Assembly: GCA_026023565.1 (NCBI GenBank)
Contig: JAPETS010000040.1
Coordinates: 1 to 64,000 of the forward strand
From: Cirrosporium novae-zelandiae
Taxonomy: Eukaryota
Reading direction: 5' to 3'
Length of the DNA: 64,000 nucleotides
Made by a program: the position numbers and the translations under genes. The notes beneath the pieces are model-generated. The model worked only from the letters and a program-made list of their open reading frames with translations, had not been told where the DNA came from and did not search any database. Below are positions 23,282 to 35,209 of the stretch, piece after piece. Positions within the stretch are counted from its first letter, which is position 1, and each line of letters starts with the position of its first letter.

Positions 23282-26200
23282 CTTGTTACGAGACTATAGA
23301 CTACAGAGGTCTTACTGGGTGCGAGGTACTCGATTCCTACCTATGCAGCTTGTGGCTGACAGAATAGTTCTCGTAGATATTCTGCCAGTCCCAAGAACTT
23401 GCAAAGCAGAATAATTGAGTCAAACCTGACATTTGGGAGGCCTGATTGACTCGGTGTAATGATGCATGGGGTGGTGTTGCAATAATAACCAGTACCACCA
23501 CATAAATCCTATAGAGCTACCTCCTTCAGGCCATGAAATTCGGCATCAGATCTTCAATACATTCCAACCGGGTTCTAAGATCTATGGATAAAAATATCCG
23601 CCGGAGCATTCCTCAAGGTATGGATCCACAGCCAAGGAAGGGCTTCGCGGTCAGCGGCAGGCTTGAATAGCTGTGAATGACTCGGATAGGATCGTGGACT
23701 GGCTCGGGGTGGCTTGTACTTGCAGTGAGCGTGATAAGATCTGAAGAAATTTGCAATACCGCGTCATCGATCTACGGTCAGCAAGGCTCAGAAGGTTCTT
23801 GGACTGAATATTCAGCCCATTCAAGGCGGATTTCAGGATCATGGTAGCCGCTCATATTGTTGTTTTAATGCGCCAAGGAGATGACAAGTTAAGGCATTAT
23901 CCCTCCTGGTAATGGCTGTGTGAAGGGGCGTAGCACCGATATGCAGCCTTCACACCCCCAACGGCGGACCCGAAGCCAAGACCTGATGGAAAATCATTAT
24001 CAACGAACATATATTGATCACGTCGACAAATTCCAACTTCTACTTCTTGAGAACCCAGCTCTGCCCATGGACCTTATGATGAAGATATACGTGTTCTGGG
24101 TGTCTAAGACTTTTTGTGGGTTGGCTTTGAATCACAGAGTGCATGGACAATAATAGGTCGGTGATATGCAAGAAATCGAAAAAAAACGACACTGAAATTC
24201 TTGGGGTTTTGGAAATAATTGCCAAGATTACCTAACCCATCCAAAGAATAAGGGGGAGAAAGCACCAGAGAAGGTATATATTAAGGTGAAACCTGACTCT
24301 AAACGGAAATGTACTTGAGTATAATTCATGATTAGACTATCCAGCCAACGTATGAACCTATAACAGCCATTTCACCTCAAAGTTTGTTAGGTCAACCTTG
24401 GAGATGTTGTATCATACCGAGACAGTATTTGCTTTTTATGCAAGAGTCGCTTGGATATGCCACCTCTTCAATCACTGAAGCATCCACAAAATATTCTACG
24501 TTCCCAACCCGTTAATCGTGTAGACTGGGTCAATAAAGGAATAATTGGATACCAATCAGTTGAAACAAAATTTGTAGGAGAGAATTGGAGACGCGGAAAA
24601 TATAGCTCTGGGAGGGTAACAACTGGGTAGCACGAAGGATTGGGAGCAACTGATATCGTCAGAACATTGCTGAAAAGCTCAAATTTGACTCAACAGATAA
24701 TGAAATGCTAGAAACACCTTGGCAAGAGTACATGTAGTTCATACATCCATGGACAATATAGATTTCATCGTGATCAGGCCAACCTAGGCTCAGGAATTTG
24801 AATCTACCTTTGGTACCCAGGATCTTGGGTAGCTCATAAAGTCAGTATTAGGGTTAAGATTGCCAAGAGAGGTAAGCCGAAATTTGTTGAATCAATTGGC
24901 CAATTGGCGTATTCACAATGCAACATCAAATAGATGATGGGGACACCCCACCTGCTGCATAGGACCGAGAGACTTTGGACCCTGGGAATTAAGAGCTCAA
25001 CCATACAGGCCAAGAAACTGTGGAGTGTCAATCCTTTTTATCAATTTGTTCTGCATGTCTGATTTTTTGGACTTTGAGGATGATTGAAGAAGATTTGTGA
25101 TCTAGCCATACTCTGCCAAGATCAAAACGATAATATCCTTTTCCAGGGAAGGACAGACCAGTAACGAGACCGGATTATGCATGCAGTCCTCCTCCAAATT
25201 GTATGCGGCTTTTTCGCTTTTCGTAGCAGCACGGCAACCCTTTTGCGATTCCGCGACGTTGAGCGTCTGCATGCCGTGTGAGCTGGCTCGCTACAGGAGC
25301 CGGTGGACTTGAAAAGTAGTACCAAGGAAAAGAGGCCGCAGTTGTCAGTTGCTCGCCAAGCGCAGGAACAAATGCCATGCATAGTTTTTGTTATGCGTCG
25401 AAGGTTTTAGAAAGCGTGGGGAATGCTGAGGGAAAAGCTCGGCATCCGAATGAAGAATGGTCCCCGATCTCGATGAGAAAGGGAAGCTCTTGTCATGCAC
25501 CTACCGTGTAGCTACATAGATATCAGGAGCTTTCATCCGTTTTTATACATATCCACAATCTTCCTGAACAACCGGAATGATTCCTGAACGTTGGTCCTGT
25601 ATCTGTGGGTAAGCCTGCTCCAGACTTCTCAGAGCACCTTGGTTTTCATCCCACAGGACTTTGAGAGGGTAAAGCGGAGCTTCAACTGTCATGTCCGATA
25701 TCCGGAGTCATAAAAGAAAGTCAATAAAGCACAGTGATTTACTATTGACTAGTTTAGCACTGCAACTTTGCCTTTGTTAAAGCCATTCCAAAATGGGTAA
25801 AAATGGAGTTAGCCAGTGAAGAGAGTTTCCAACAGGGTAGCAGGGTCCAACAGTCTCCACACACAACATCTGCAGTGCATCTGAGTAAATTCATAGATTG
25901 GCTATTTACCCTGTGGTTGAATCTGTGGTTGAGATGTTATCATATTGCAGAGCGAACAATAAGAGTAGAGAACTTCAGATACTGGGGGTTGGAAGGTTTT
26001 GAAGGGAAGGACTAAAAAGCCTCGGTTAGTAGTGCATACATTGGTATCGGCCTGAGGCTACACGGTGTCCAGTGGATCCATCCCTAGGTACCTAAGTAGT
26101 CATCCTTTGGACCAGCTTTTTGGACCAGCATCTATTTCTTTTTTTTCTTTTTGATCGGCATCTTGGATCCCCTACATCTCCGGGTCCGTAATCCATATAG

Positions 26201-29200
26201 GTCAGCTTGTATTTATCCTATTCATCCTCTACACACACTTGATAATCGTGGCGATTCTATCTTCACAGGTGGATAATTGTTCCCAGGTGGATCGTCCTAC
26301 ATCTTACACGGCTATAATCCGGCCTTGAACGTTTCACTGGGGTAATTTTCAATGTATGGAATAAAGCTACTCAACCTCCTTTAGGAAAGTTTGATAGGTT
26401 CCAATGGTTGAATTTACAAGACCAAATGACCAACCTGCGAAAGGATACTGGATGCTCGCAACTGTTCACGCCGACTCGCCGAGATACAAGGCCGAAGGGA
26501 CGAAAAAGGAGGTGTATCCAAAAAGGTAATTACAAGGCGCAGAAATAGTTCAAGGAGTAAAGGAGAGAAGGTTTCGAAGGTTTCAATTCATTTACAATGA
26601 TAGAAATTCCTGTGTATAGATTCGTCGAGAATCAATTACGTGGAGTCGCACAATTTACTAGCTGCGGATCGGCTCAAAGCCTGAAGCAGTGACCCAGCAA
26701 TGACCAGCAAAAGTGATGCTACTGGAGATTATGGTTGTCAATCTGCCAATCTGCAGTAACGATAAATTATAAATTTGGAGCCAAAATATGAGGCTTCTGA
26801 TACGAACGCATGGTGGTATTTGCTTTGCATTCTTCTTGTCTGCTCAGGGCAACAGGTGGTCCGTCTAGTTCGACCTTTGTTACGGAATTTGCCTGGTTTC
26901 CCTACTTTCCCTTTGTTGGTTTTCCGGTTTGGTTTCCTGCAACTAGTGAAATTTGCGTTATTTTAGTTCTTTGGTTATTTGGTTATTTGCAACATCATCT
27001 AGCCTGACTTGGTTGCACTTGGAGAATTTGTGGTATGAACAGCAAATCAACAATCAACCTCAAATCAAAGAACTCGAATGTTTGCGATAAAATATCCCGC
27101 AAAGATTCTAGCAAGTTTTGGCCAATTTAGCCGTCCTGGGTTTTTCAACCAAGGGGAGGGAGGGGGGGGGGGGACACAAGTTGCAACAATAACCTCATCG
27201 GCCGGCTGAGGCCAGCAAAAAAGCAACGTCAAAGAAGTCCGGGGGGGCGATATTCTCGGCAGTATTGATCAAGTATTGGTGAATAATACTTCTTGTACAG
27301 GTACCGGTGGGACTTTGGAATAACGTGGGATTCGAATTAGGAGAGTAGGAGAGTAAGAAGAGGCGTTCGATAGCTTCAACGGGTCTAACGGAGGCATAAG
27401 ATGCCGCTTGTCTAGATTCATGCTCAAGCAATAACAGAAATAGGGAACCCGTTGATTCATCTACTTGGTTATGAGAGAAAAGAGCAGAAGAAAAAAAAGC
27501 AGATGTTCATGATGCGATGATGTGAGGATTTGATTCTGGTCCGTCGGATTTCCTTTATGGATTCGGCAACCAATGGAACCAATGTCAATGAATGTATCAT
27601 CATCATCCTTTACAACATAGGAAATGCACCACTTTTGCGATCATTTCCATCATTTTCATTTCTTTTTTTTATCCCCTTCTTCCTTTAACTCTTTTAGACT
27701 TGAAAGTCTGATTATTTCCGGCACCTTCCTGGTAGTTATAATAGGTCTTTGCTGTGACACATGTAGTGGCTTCTAACTCTACTGTAGTAGTATGAAGATC
27801 TGTGGGATTAAACAAACCTTGACATATGGCAGATGATAAAAATTCATCATCTTGTGTGTAGATGTATGGATAAGATATGTTGATAATCAGTCACTTGAGC
27901 TCTGGGGGGCCCAGTTTTTTTTTTTTTTTTCTTTCACTGCCATCCACTGCCATCCATTACAAAGTCTACCACTTTAGCTAGACTAGCATCCTGTAATACA
28001 TTCAAGGCAGTATACTCGTACTCGTACGCAACACTTACTCGAAACATCTATTATTACATTAGTTACATTTATCAAGGCGCAGACGTTCAACAAAATTAGG
28101 GGAATTATCGGTCTGTAACACGGATATCGGTGCCGTCATGATTTCAGTTTGTTGGTTATTATTACGGACAAGTGGAGGAGGGATGATGACAGTGAGGGAT
28201 GAGTGGACATGGTGGATTCTGTACCTGGAAGGAAGGGAGATCCCTTGGGGGCTTTGGGGGGTTGGGTTAAAGTCCTTGGGAAGTTTGGAAAGCCTTAAGG
28301 GCGAATCCTTTTTTTTTTTCATTGTCGCTGATTGAAAGTGATTTAGTCTCCGCCCCGATAGACCGACCGACCGACTGACAGGACAATTATTATTATTATT
28401 TTCTATTTTCTGTTATTCAGGTGTGTTTGTTTGGCTGGAGAGATCCTCAAGTAGACTGGTAGTAATGTCAGAATTAGAGAGGGAGGGGGTGTAATTAAAT
28501 CTTCCATTTTCAGCAATTGCCAATCATTTCATTGCCGTGCGGCCCGGTCTTGACGTATTTTGGCCCTCATTAAAATGCACTGACGCTACCCTGTTTCCAG
28601 TCTTTTCGCCGCTTTTTTTTTTCTTGTTCACAATCTTAGAATCTTAGACAAACTTGGACAAATTCTTGGATAGGTCTGGTCATTCTGCCTCTGGCTCTGG
28701 CTCTGGTCAGTCTTGGATAGGTCTTGGTTTTGGTCATTCTGGTCGTCCCTGGTCGTCCTTGATTTTCCCTTGTCTTTTCCCTCTCATTCTAAATTCTCCT
28801 TTGGTCCTCTTTGGTCCCTTCTAATCCCTCTAATCCCTCTAATCATTCTAATCACTCTAATCCCTTCTTGTCCCGATATAGTCTGTACTCTACGCCTACC
28901 TTCCTTGAGTCCTTACCCGCACTTGTAGGCCGTCGCAAAAAGAAGAAGTAACTTAACCATTCTGACTTTTTACGCAGCATAGCATAACACTGTGACTGTC
29001 TACTTCATACGCCATACGCCATACGCCGTATCCTTACCTTCGCGCCAATCCAATTTAGATCCTCATCCCTCCCCTTCGAATTTGGAAATTTCCCACACGT
29101 TTCCAGACAACGGCATACGGCATAAAAAGCAAAGCAATCCCCGCGTTTATCGCTCAAGTGCATCTGCACATCGGTGCGTGAACTTACTACTTTCAGCCAA

Positions 29201-29643
29201 CCAAATCTATCAACCCCCCCCCCCAATAATACTCGACTTTACCTTTATTCAACCAACTCTTCAACCCTTTCACCACCACAACCAAACACCTTTGCCTCTA
29301 CCATCAGCTTTCAAACCACCTTTTTATCAGGGCATGAGGTATGGCTATAGCTTTTAATAATTTCGACGCCTCGTGCTCCCATCGATAGAGCTATCTTCCC
29401 CGCCTATTCTATACCTTGATTACCCGCTCGGCTTCCTGCAAGTTGATTGTTGTTTCGCCGTCTGCGTGGTATCCCTTGCCTTGGTGTCAGTGCATTTCCT
29501 AGCAGCAAATCCTTCCGTTCGGGATCATTGCGGAGAACCCTGGCCGCCATCCCACGCCCACAAGTGTACCTTACCGTCTCTTACATCTCTCATCCCCCGC
29601 AAATACAAATCTCCAAGAATTTAGTAGTTTTGAAACAGAGACA

Positions 29644-31878
29644 ATGTCTGCTCATATCGATCCCAATTGTGGCCTTGAACCCACCGAGTTGTTTAAGAAA
29701 GTCGATTACTTGCCCAAATCACAACCCACGGCCATGCCTGAACCCGTTACTGTTGACGGAGCTCTAGATGGAGCTTGCGTTTCCTCAGTCTCTACCGGTA
29801 GTCAACCCAGCTCTTCACCAGAATCACGACCAGCCGATATTCACGATCCAATTCCCGAAGAAGATGAAGGCGAAACAAGCAGTGAAGCTGTAGAACCATT
29901 GACACCTACCAGTGATGGCCACCCACATACCTTTGAACATCAACTTGATGATGCTATTCCAACAGCAATAGCTCATATTTCAGCAAAACCTCTCTTCATC
30001 ACTACTCCTGCAACTCCGGAACAGTCTAGACCTCCGACTGCAGTCTCTCGACCATCACATACATCACATCCGTCACATTCGTCCGCTCCTGCCAAGGTGC
30101 AGCCCACATCGCCGACCGGGAAATCGTTTCGACGAACAGCTTCCAATTCGATAAAATCGTTGTTTCGAAGATCTTCACATAATGAAAAGGACCCAGGGGG
30201 CTTTGCCTGGCCTGAGGACTCGCAGAGCAATTCGGCTGTCATGGATGGAACTCACACATCGAATATGGGCTATATTGAGCCTCCTCCGCCCCCACCACCA
30301 CGAAGAACTTCACTCTCGGCAGCAATTTCCAGAGCTTTCAACGGCTCAGACCCCACTACTCGCAGAAACTCACAATCAAAATCGAGTAGCAACTCCCCAG
30401 ATTACTCCAATTCTGTTAGCCCGCCATCTTCTGGTTCACCTTCCTCCACACTCGATACCAACTGGGATGTACCCGAACGCCATCGGTTTGCTGGGACACA
30501 CCATCGCTCCGCAACTGGTTTATCGTATTCCAGAGATAAAGACAAGATTCGCTTTGGTGAAGCTCCAAGGCCGGAGAGGGGTCATTCACGGCGGAGGACG
30601 TCCAGTATGAGCAGGTTACCTGCTTACGAAGAAAGCTCGGATCTTAAGGAACATATCTCGGCACACGCTGCCAGTGGTGTTGGCCTGAAATCCCGTCGAA
30701 TGAGCTTGAGCCTCCCGGATGATTTTGTCGTGGATTCGATCGAGTTAAATGAAGAGTTTGCCAGTTCAAGTCTATTACCTGGCCGACGAGGAAAGACAAT
30801 CGGCAACGGGGCAACAGCCAAGGTTAAGATAATGAAACGGAAGGGTGGATCTAGTGACGAGCTGTATGCTGTCAAGGAATTTCGACGGAAAGGCTCGCAC
30901 GAGACCCAGGCGGAATATGAGAAGAAGGTCAAGTCAGAATTTAGCATAGCCAACAGTTTACATCACCCAAATATTGTGCGGACCGTGAGACTTTGTACCC
31001 ACAACGGAAGGTGGAATCATGTGATGGAATATTGTTCTGTTGGTGAGCTGTATTCGTTAGTCCAGAAGCGGTATCTCACAAAGGACGACAAACTATGTCT
31101 GTTTAAGCAACTTCTTCAAGGCGTTGCTTATCTCCATGTTCATGGTATTGCCCATCGAGACATAAAACCCGAAAATCTTCTCATGACTTCTCAGGGTCAT
31201 TTGAAGATTACTGATTTTGGGGTCTCGGAAGTCTTTTGCGGAGAACACCCTGGACTACGATCCAGCGGAGGAGTTTGTGGAAAGAACATGAAGGAGTGCC
31301 GTCGGTCAGCACCAGGTATCTGTGGCTCGCTTCCATATATTGCTCCAGAGGTTCTTGAGAAGAAGGGTGACTATGATCCACGACCTCTCGACGTTTGGTC
31401 CTCTGCTATGGTTTTCTTGACTATGCTCCTTAATGGTAACCCTTGGGGCGAAGCAAGAGTGGAAAAAGATACGTCTGGAAATTATGCTGCTTTTCTAGCG
31501 GGGTGGAAAAAATACATTGCCGATCATCCTGATGGTCTGATTCCCATGGATGACCCTAGCGCCCGCCTTCCGAAATGCGGTGTGCTCTTTTCAAGAGGAA
31601 TCGAGAGTTATGCCTTACGGAGGCTGGTATTAAGAATGCTTCATCCAGACCCCGATAAGCGGATCACGATTCGTGAAGCTCTTTGCGACCGATGGATGAA
31701 GACTGTTGAGTGTTGCTGTCTGGAGGAGGAGGATTCGAAAGCGATGATTGACGCCAGTGCGAAAAATGGTTGCAAATCTACAAGCAAAATGCAAGTCAAG
31801 AAGTTGCACAATCATCTGCCACCTCCTACGAAAAGAATGCCGCAGCATCGTTTTGATATGGGCAGTGGATGGTCTTAA
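29644..31878 (+). CDS. PTK2: NPR/HAL-family Ser/Thr kinase (Ptk2-like)
   Basis: 744-aa ORF with Ser-rich N-terminus; YAVKEFRR, SEFSIANSLHHPNIV, HRDIKPEN, DFG, GICGSLPYIAPE, YDPRPLDVWS. Confidence 0.85.
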   Translation: MSAHIDPNCGLEPTELFKKVDYLPKSQPTAMPEPVTVDGALDGACVSSVSTGSQPSSSPESRPADIHDPIPEEDEGETSSEAVEPLTPTSDGHPHTFEHQLDDAIPTAIAHISAKPLFITTPATPEQSRPPTAVSRPSHTSHPSHSSAPAKVQPTSPTGKSFRRTASNSIKSLFRRSSHNEKDPGGFAWPEDSQSNSAVMDGTHTSNMGYIEPPPPPPPRRTSLSAAISRAFNGSDPTTRRNSQSKSSSNSPDYSNSVSPPSSGSPSSTLDTNWDVPERHRFAGTHHRSATGLSYSRDKDKIRFGEAPRPERGHSRRRTSSMSRLPAYEESSDLKEHISAHAASGVGLKSRRMSLSLPDDFVVDSIELNEEFASSSLLPGRRGKTIGNGATAKVKIMKRKGGSSDELYAVKEFRRKGSHETQAEYEKKVKSEFSIANSLHHPNIVRTVRLCTHNGRWNHVMEYCSVGELYSLVQKRYLTKDDKLCLFKQLLQGVAYLHVHGIAHRDIKPENLLMTSQGHLKITDFGVSEVFCGEHPGLRSSGGVCGKNMKECRRSAPGICGSLPYIAPEVLEKKGDYDPRPLDVWSSAMVFLTMLLNGNPWGEARVEKDTSGNYAAFLAGWKKYIADHPDGLIPMDDPSARLPKCGVLFSRGIESYALRRLVLRMLHPDPDKRITIREALCDRWMKTVECCCLEEEDSKAMIDASAKNGCKSTSKMQVKKLHNHLPPPTKRMPQHRFDMGSGWS

Positions 31879-33921
31879 GTCAGACTGCTAAGAATATTTC
31901 AGCAACATAATTGATCGCGTGCGGGGCACGCTGGTTGTTGTCTTGGCTCCTGAACAGGAAATCGGCACTACGACCAAAGACGCCTTGGCGCTGCCAATAA
32001 CGGTGTACTAACTGTACCGACTACGAAAATGACTTGCGAAAGCTGGCTCTCGGCACTCGCCTGGGGAACCCCAACAACTTCGCCTTATTGATGAACCGCT
32101 TGTGAAACCTCAGGCACCAACAACCTTACTTTTTTTCTTTCTCTTATCCATACGACGACCATCTTAGAACATTTTGTAATTACGTCCTTAATACAACTAT
32201 GGAAGGATGGAAGAGCTGGATTGATATCCTTGTGTTCCATCTCCTAATCAACTTATGCGCATTACGATATCGGTTTGACCGATCGCAAATTGATACATTC
32301 GATTCGACCAGACCAATCAACGACCGAACGAACAAACGAAGCGTCCTTTTTTTTTCTTTTTTTACTATTCGGCGTTTTCAAAGGTTTTGGGGCCTTATTC
32401 CCTTGTCATAAGCATTCAAGCAAGCATTGGGGCAAGGAAAGGGGAAGGGGGAGGCATTCATGGGACGGCTGTTTGATCAATAGAGCTTTCTACATTTTTT
32501 TATTCACTTTTTTTATTTTACTTCAGCACCACAAATTGGAATCGAAGTGAAGGGTTTGGGAAACTTTTTCTAGAGCTTTCTTTTTTAGGTGGGTACTATG
32601 GATGGGAATAGAGATGAGATGGTCAACGATGATGGACACTACTACCTCGTGGAATTGAGTATGGGGAGGGAGGGGATGTGGATATGTACATGTATTACAT
32701 GAAGCAATGCGATTAAGCATGCGAACAAATCATTAAGTCTGTCTATTGTTATTATAGGTTGTGAAATGCGTATAGTGTAGGATCACTTTGTTGTAATTAT
32801 TGAGAGAGGAGATCTGCCTAACTAACTAGCTATGGGATGGAGTGCAGGAGGATGTCGATGAGTATTGATATTAATATAGGTTATAAGATGCACATGGAAC
32901 GGTCCAGCTATACTTGTACAATACACACGGACCATATATCTATCTATAGCGTTTCTTTGATATAGAAGGACCATCTTGCCCCATATACCTACCCTATGTA
33001 CAGTACAGCGTACAACGTACCAGATCCCTCTCCACCTCTCCACCCGGGTCCACCTGGGCATGCATATAACGCTTGGACTCTTTCTTGGAACTCTTGGAAG
33101 GTCTTGGAACTCTTGGAGATTTCATTCACTAGTTGACTTCATTAACTTTATTAACTTTGATTTATTTATTTTTTATTTCCACTTCCCATGTCTATCTCCA
33201 TCTCTACTTCCTTTTTTTTTTTTTTTTGAGAGATAGGTTGAAATATGAAGGGTGAAGTAAAGTATACAAGTAAAATATATAAGCGAATTCAACGTAGGAA
33301 CCAAATATAGGGAACATAGGAATATAGGAATATAGGGAACTAGGGGGGGGGGCTTGGATACTCGAGTAAGTAAGATATGCATGAATGTGCGGTTGTGGGA
33401 AGGTGTTGTGGAGAAGTGTGCTTGGGGATCTTGGGGGCTTGGGAGGTGTGCTTGGCGAAAAAAAGCAAAGGAAAGGAAAGGAAAGGAAAGGAAATACGAA
33501 GCAGGGGAAGAAGGGATGTGAATGGGATGAGGGATGAGGGGATGTTTTTCCCGCTTTCTTCGCTCTGGGGAAGGTATAGAGGAGTAGGGGATATATGTAT
33601 GTATGTATGTATGTATGTACGTATGTATTCACATAGATGTTTATTATATTTGTATACGAAATTCACAAAAAAAAAACACAAAAAAAAAATTCATATTAGC
33701 TCATAACTTATATATATATATACATTTATACATTTTTTATACATACCACACTACACGGTACAGCGCAAATTCAAAGTCAAATTCAAACCCGATAAAATCA
33801 TCATCGATCAATTGAATCAACTCTCTCTTCCCTCTCTTTCTTTCCTATCTATATATATGTATTAATTAACCATTTTTTTTAAGGCTTTTGTTTATTTATT
33901 TATTTGTTTGTTTATAGAAAG

Positions 33922-33970
33922 GGTAAAAAGTAAAAGTAAAAGTAAAAAGTAAAAGTAAAAGTGAAGGTAA
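33922..33970. repeat. (GTAAAA)n repeat inside an SSR-dense intergenic block (32.6-35.2 kb, also (GGAAA)n and (ATGT)n)
   Basis: Read directly. Confidence 0.85.
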
Positions 33971-35209
33971 AGGGAGGAGGCAAAGGAGGAGATAAAAGTG
34001 GAGGTATGTATATATGTATATATGGTATTGTTATGACTGATATATGGCTGATTGATGGTTGATAGAGGGATAGGAATGGGAAGTTAGGGTGCCCGGATCC
34101 AAAATCCACAAATAAGTTTTAATTATTCTTTCCTCTTTTTTTTTCCCCCTTTTATTTCCTTTTTCCTTCGAGGTTTTGCATTTTTGTATGAGGGACTTTC
34201 TTTTTTCTTTTTTTTTCTCTCCTTGGCCTTTTCTTGGCCTTTTCTTGGAGATTTCTTGGGGGGTTTTTTTTGCCGAGATGATTAGGGGAGGGGGGGGGGG
34301 GGCTGGCTGAATGAATGAGAGATGGCTGAAACGGGGATGGGCTGAATGGGGGGTAGTCTAGGGGGGGGGAAAGAAGAAGAGGGGATAAGAAAGTAAATCA
34401 TTGTAATAATGATTATGAGTATGAGTGTGGGTTTATGAGTATGGGGTTGGGGGGTTGGGGTATAGGAGAGGGGATGGAGGTATAGGGGACAGGTTATGTA
34501 TGGATGGGGTTATGGGTAGGCATTAGGGGTAAGTATTGTATTAGAGATAGGAGGTTTTTTTGTTTGGTAGAGGAAGGAGTTGTTAGGTGAGGTGAAGTGA
34601 GACGATGTTTAGAGGATATGGGGGGTTTTCTCTCCTTCCCCTTCCTCTTCTCCTTCTTCTTCCTATAGATCTCTCTCTCTCTCTCTAAGTTATAAGTCAA
34701 AGTCTGATATACCTACTGTATAACTATCCAATATCTACCCTTTTTCCTTTTCCCTTATTCTCCTCCACCCTCAACCTTTGATTTAAGTTCAAGTGTGGTA
34801 TTTATTTATTAAAGGATATTCTTTTACGACACTTTTATCTGGTAGAGGATGTGCGTGCTAGGGATTGGATAAATATTTGTGTGTGTGTGTATGTATGTGT
34901 GTGGATGGGGAGGTGGATGGGTGGATGGGTGGATAGGTAGGTATTAAGAAGGATGTAAAGGGGGAAAGGGAGGGAATATGCATGTTGAATGACAAGAGGA
35001 TATATGCGGATGAATAAATGAACAGTCTTAGATTCCTCTACCCTATTAGATTTACTTTATTTTCCCCTTCTATATAGCTATGAGCTACGAAAGTGTACGT
35101 GGATTAGTTGGTCGGTGCTGTATCCCAAAAAGAAAAACCTCAAAAAAACCAAAAAACGAAAAAAAGAAGACAGTTCCACCCCACCACACTCTACGCTCCA
35201 CCCAGTTAG

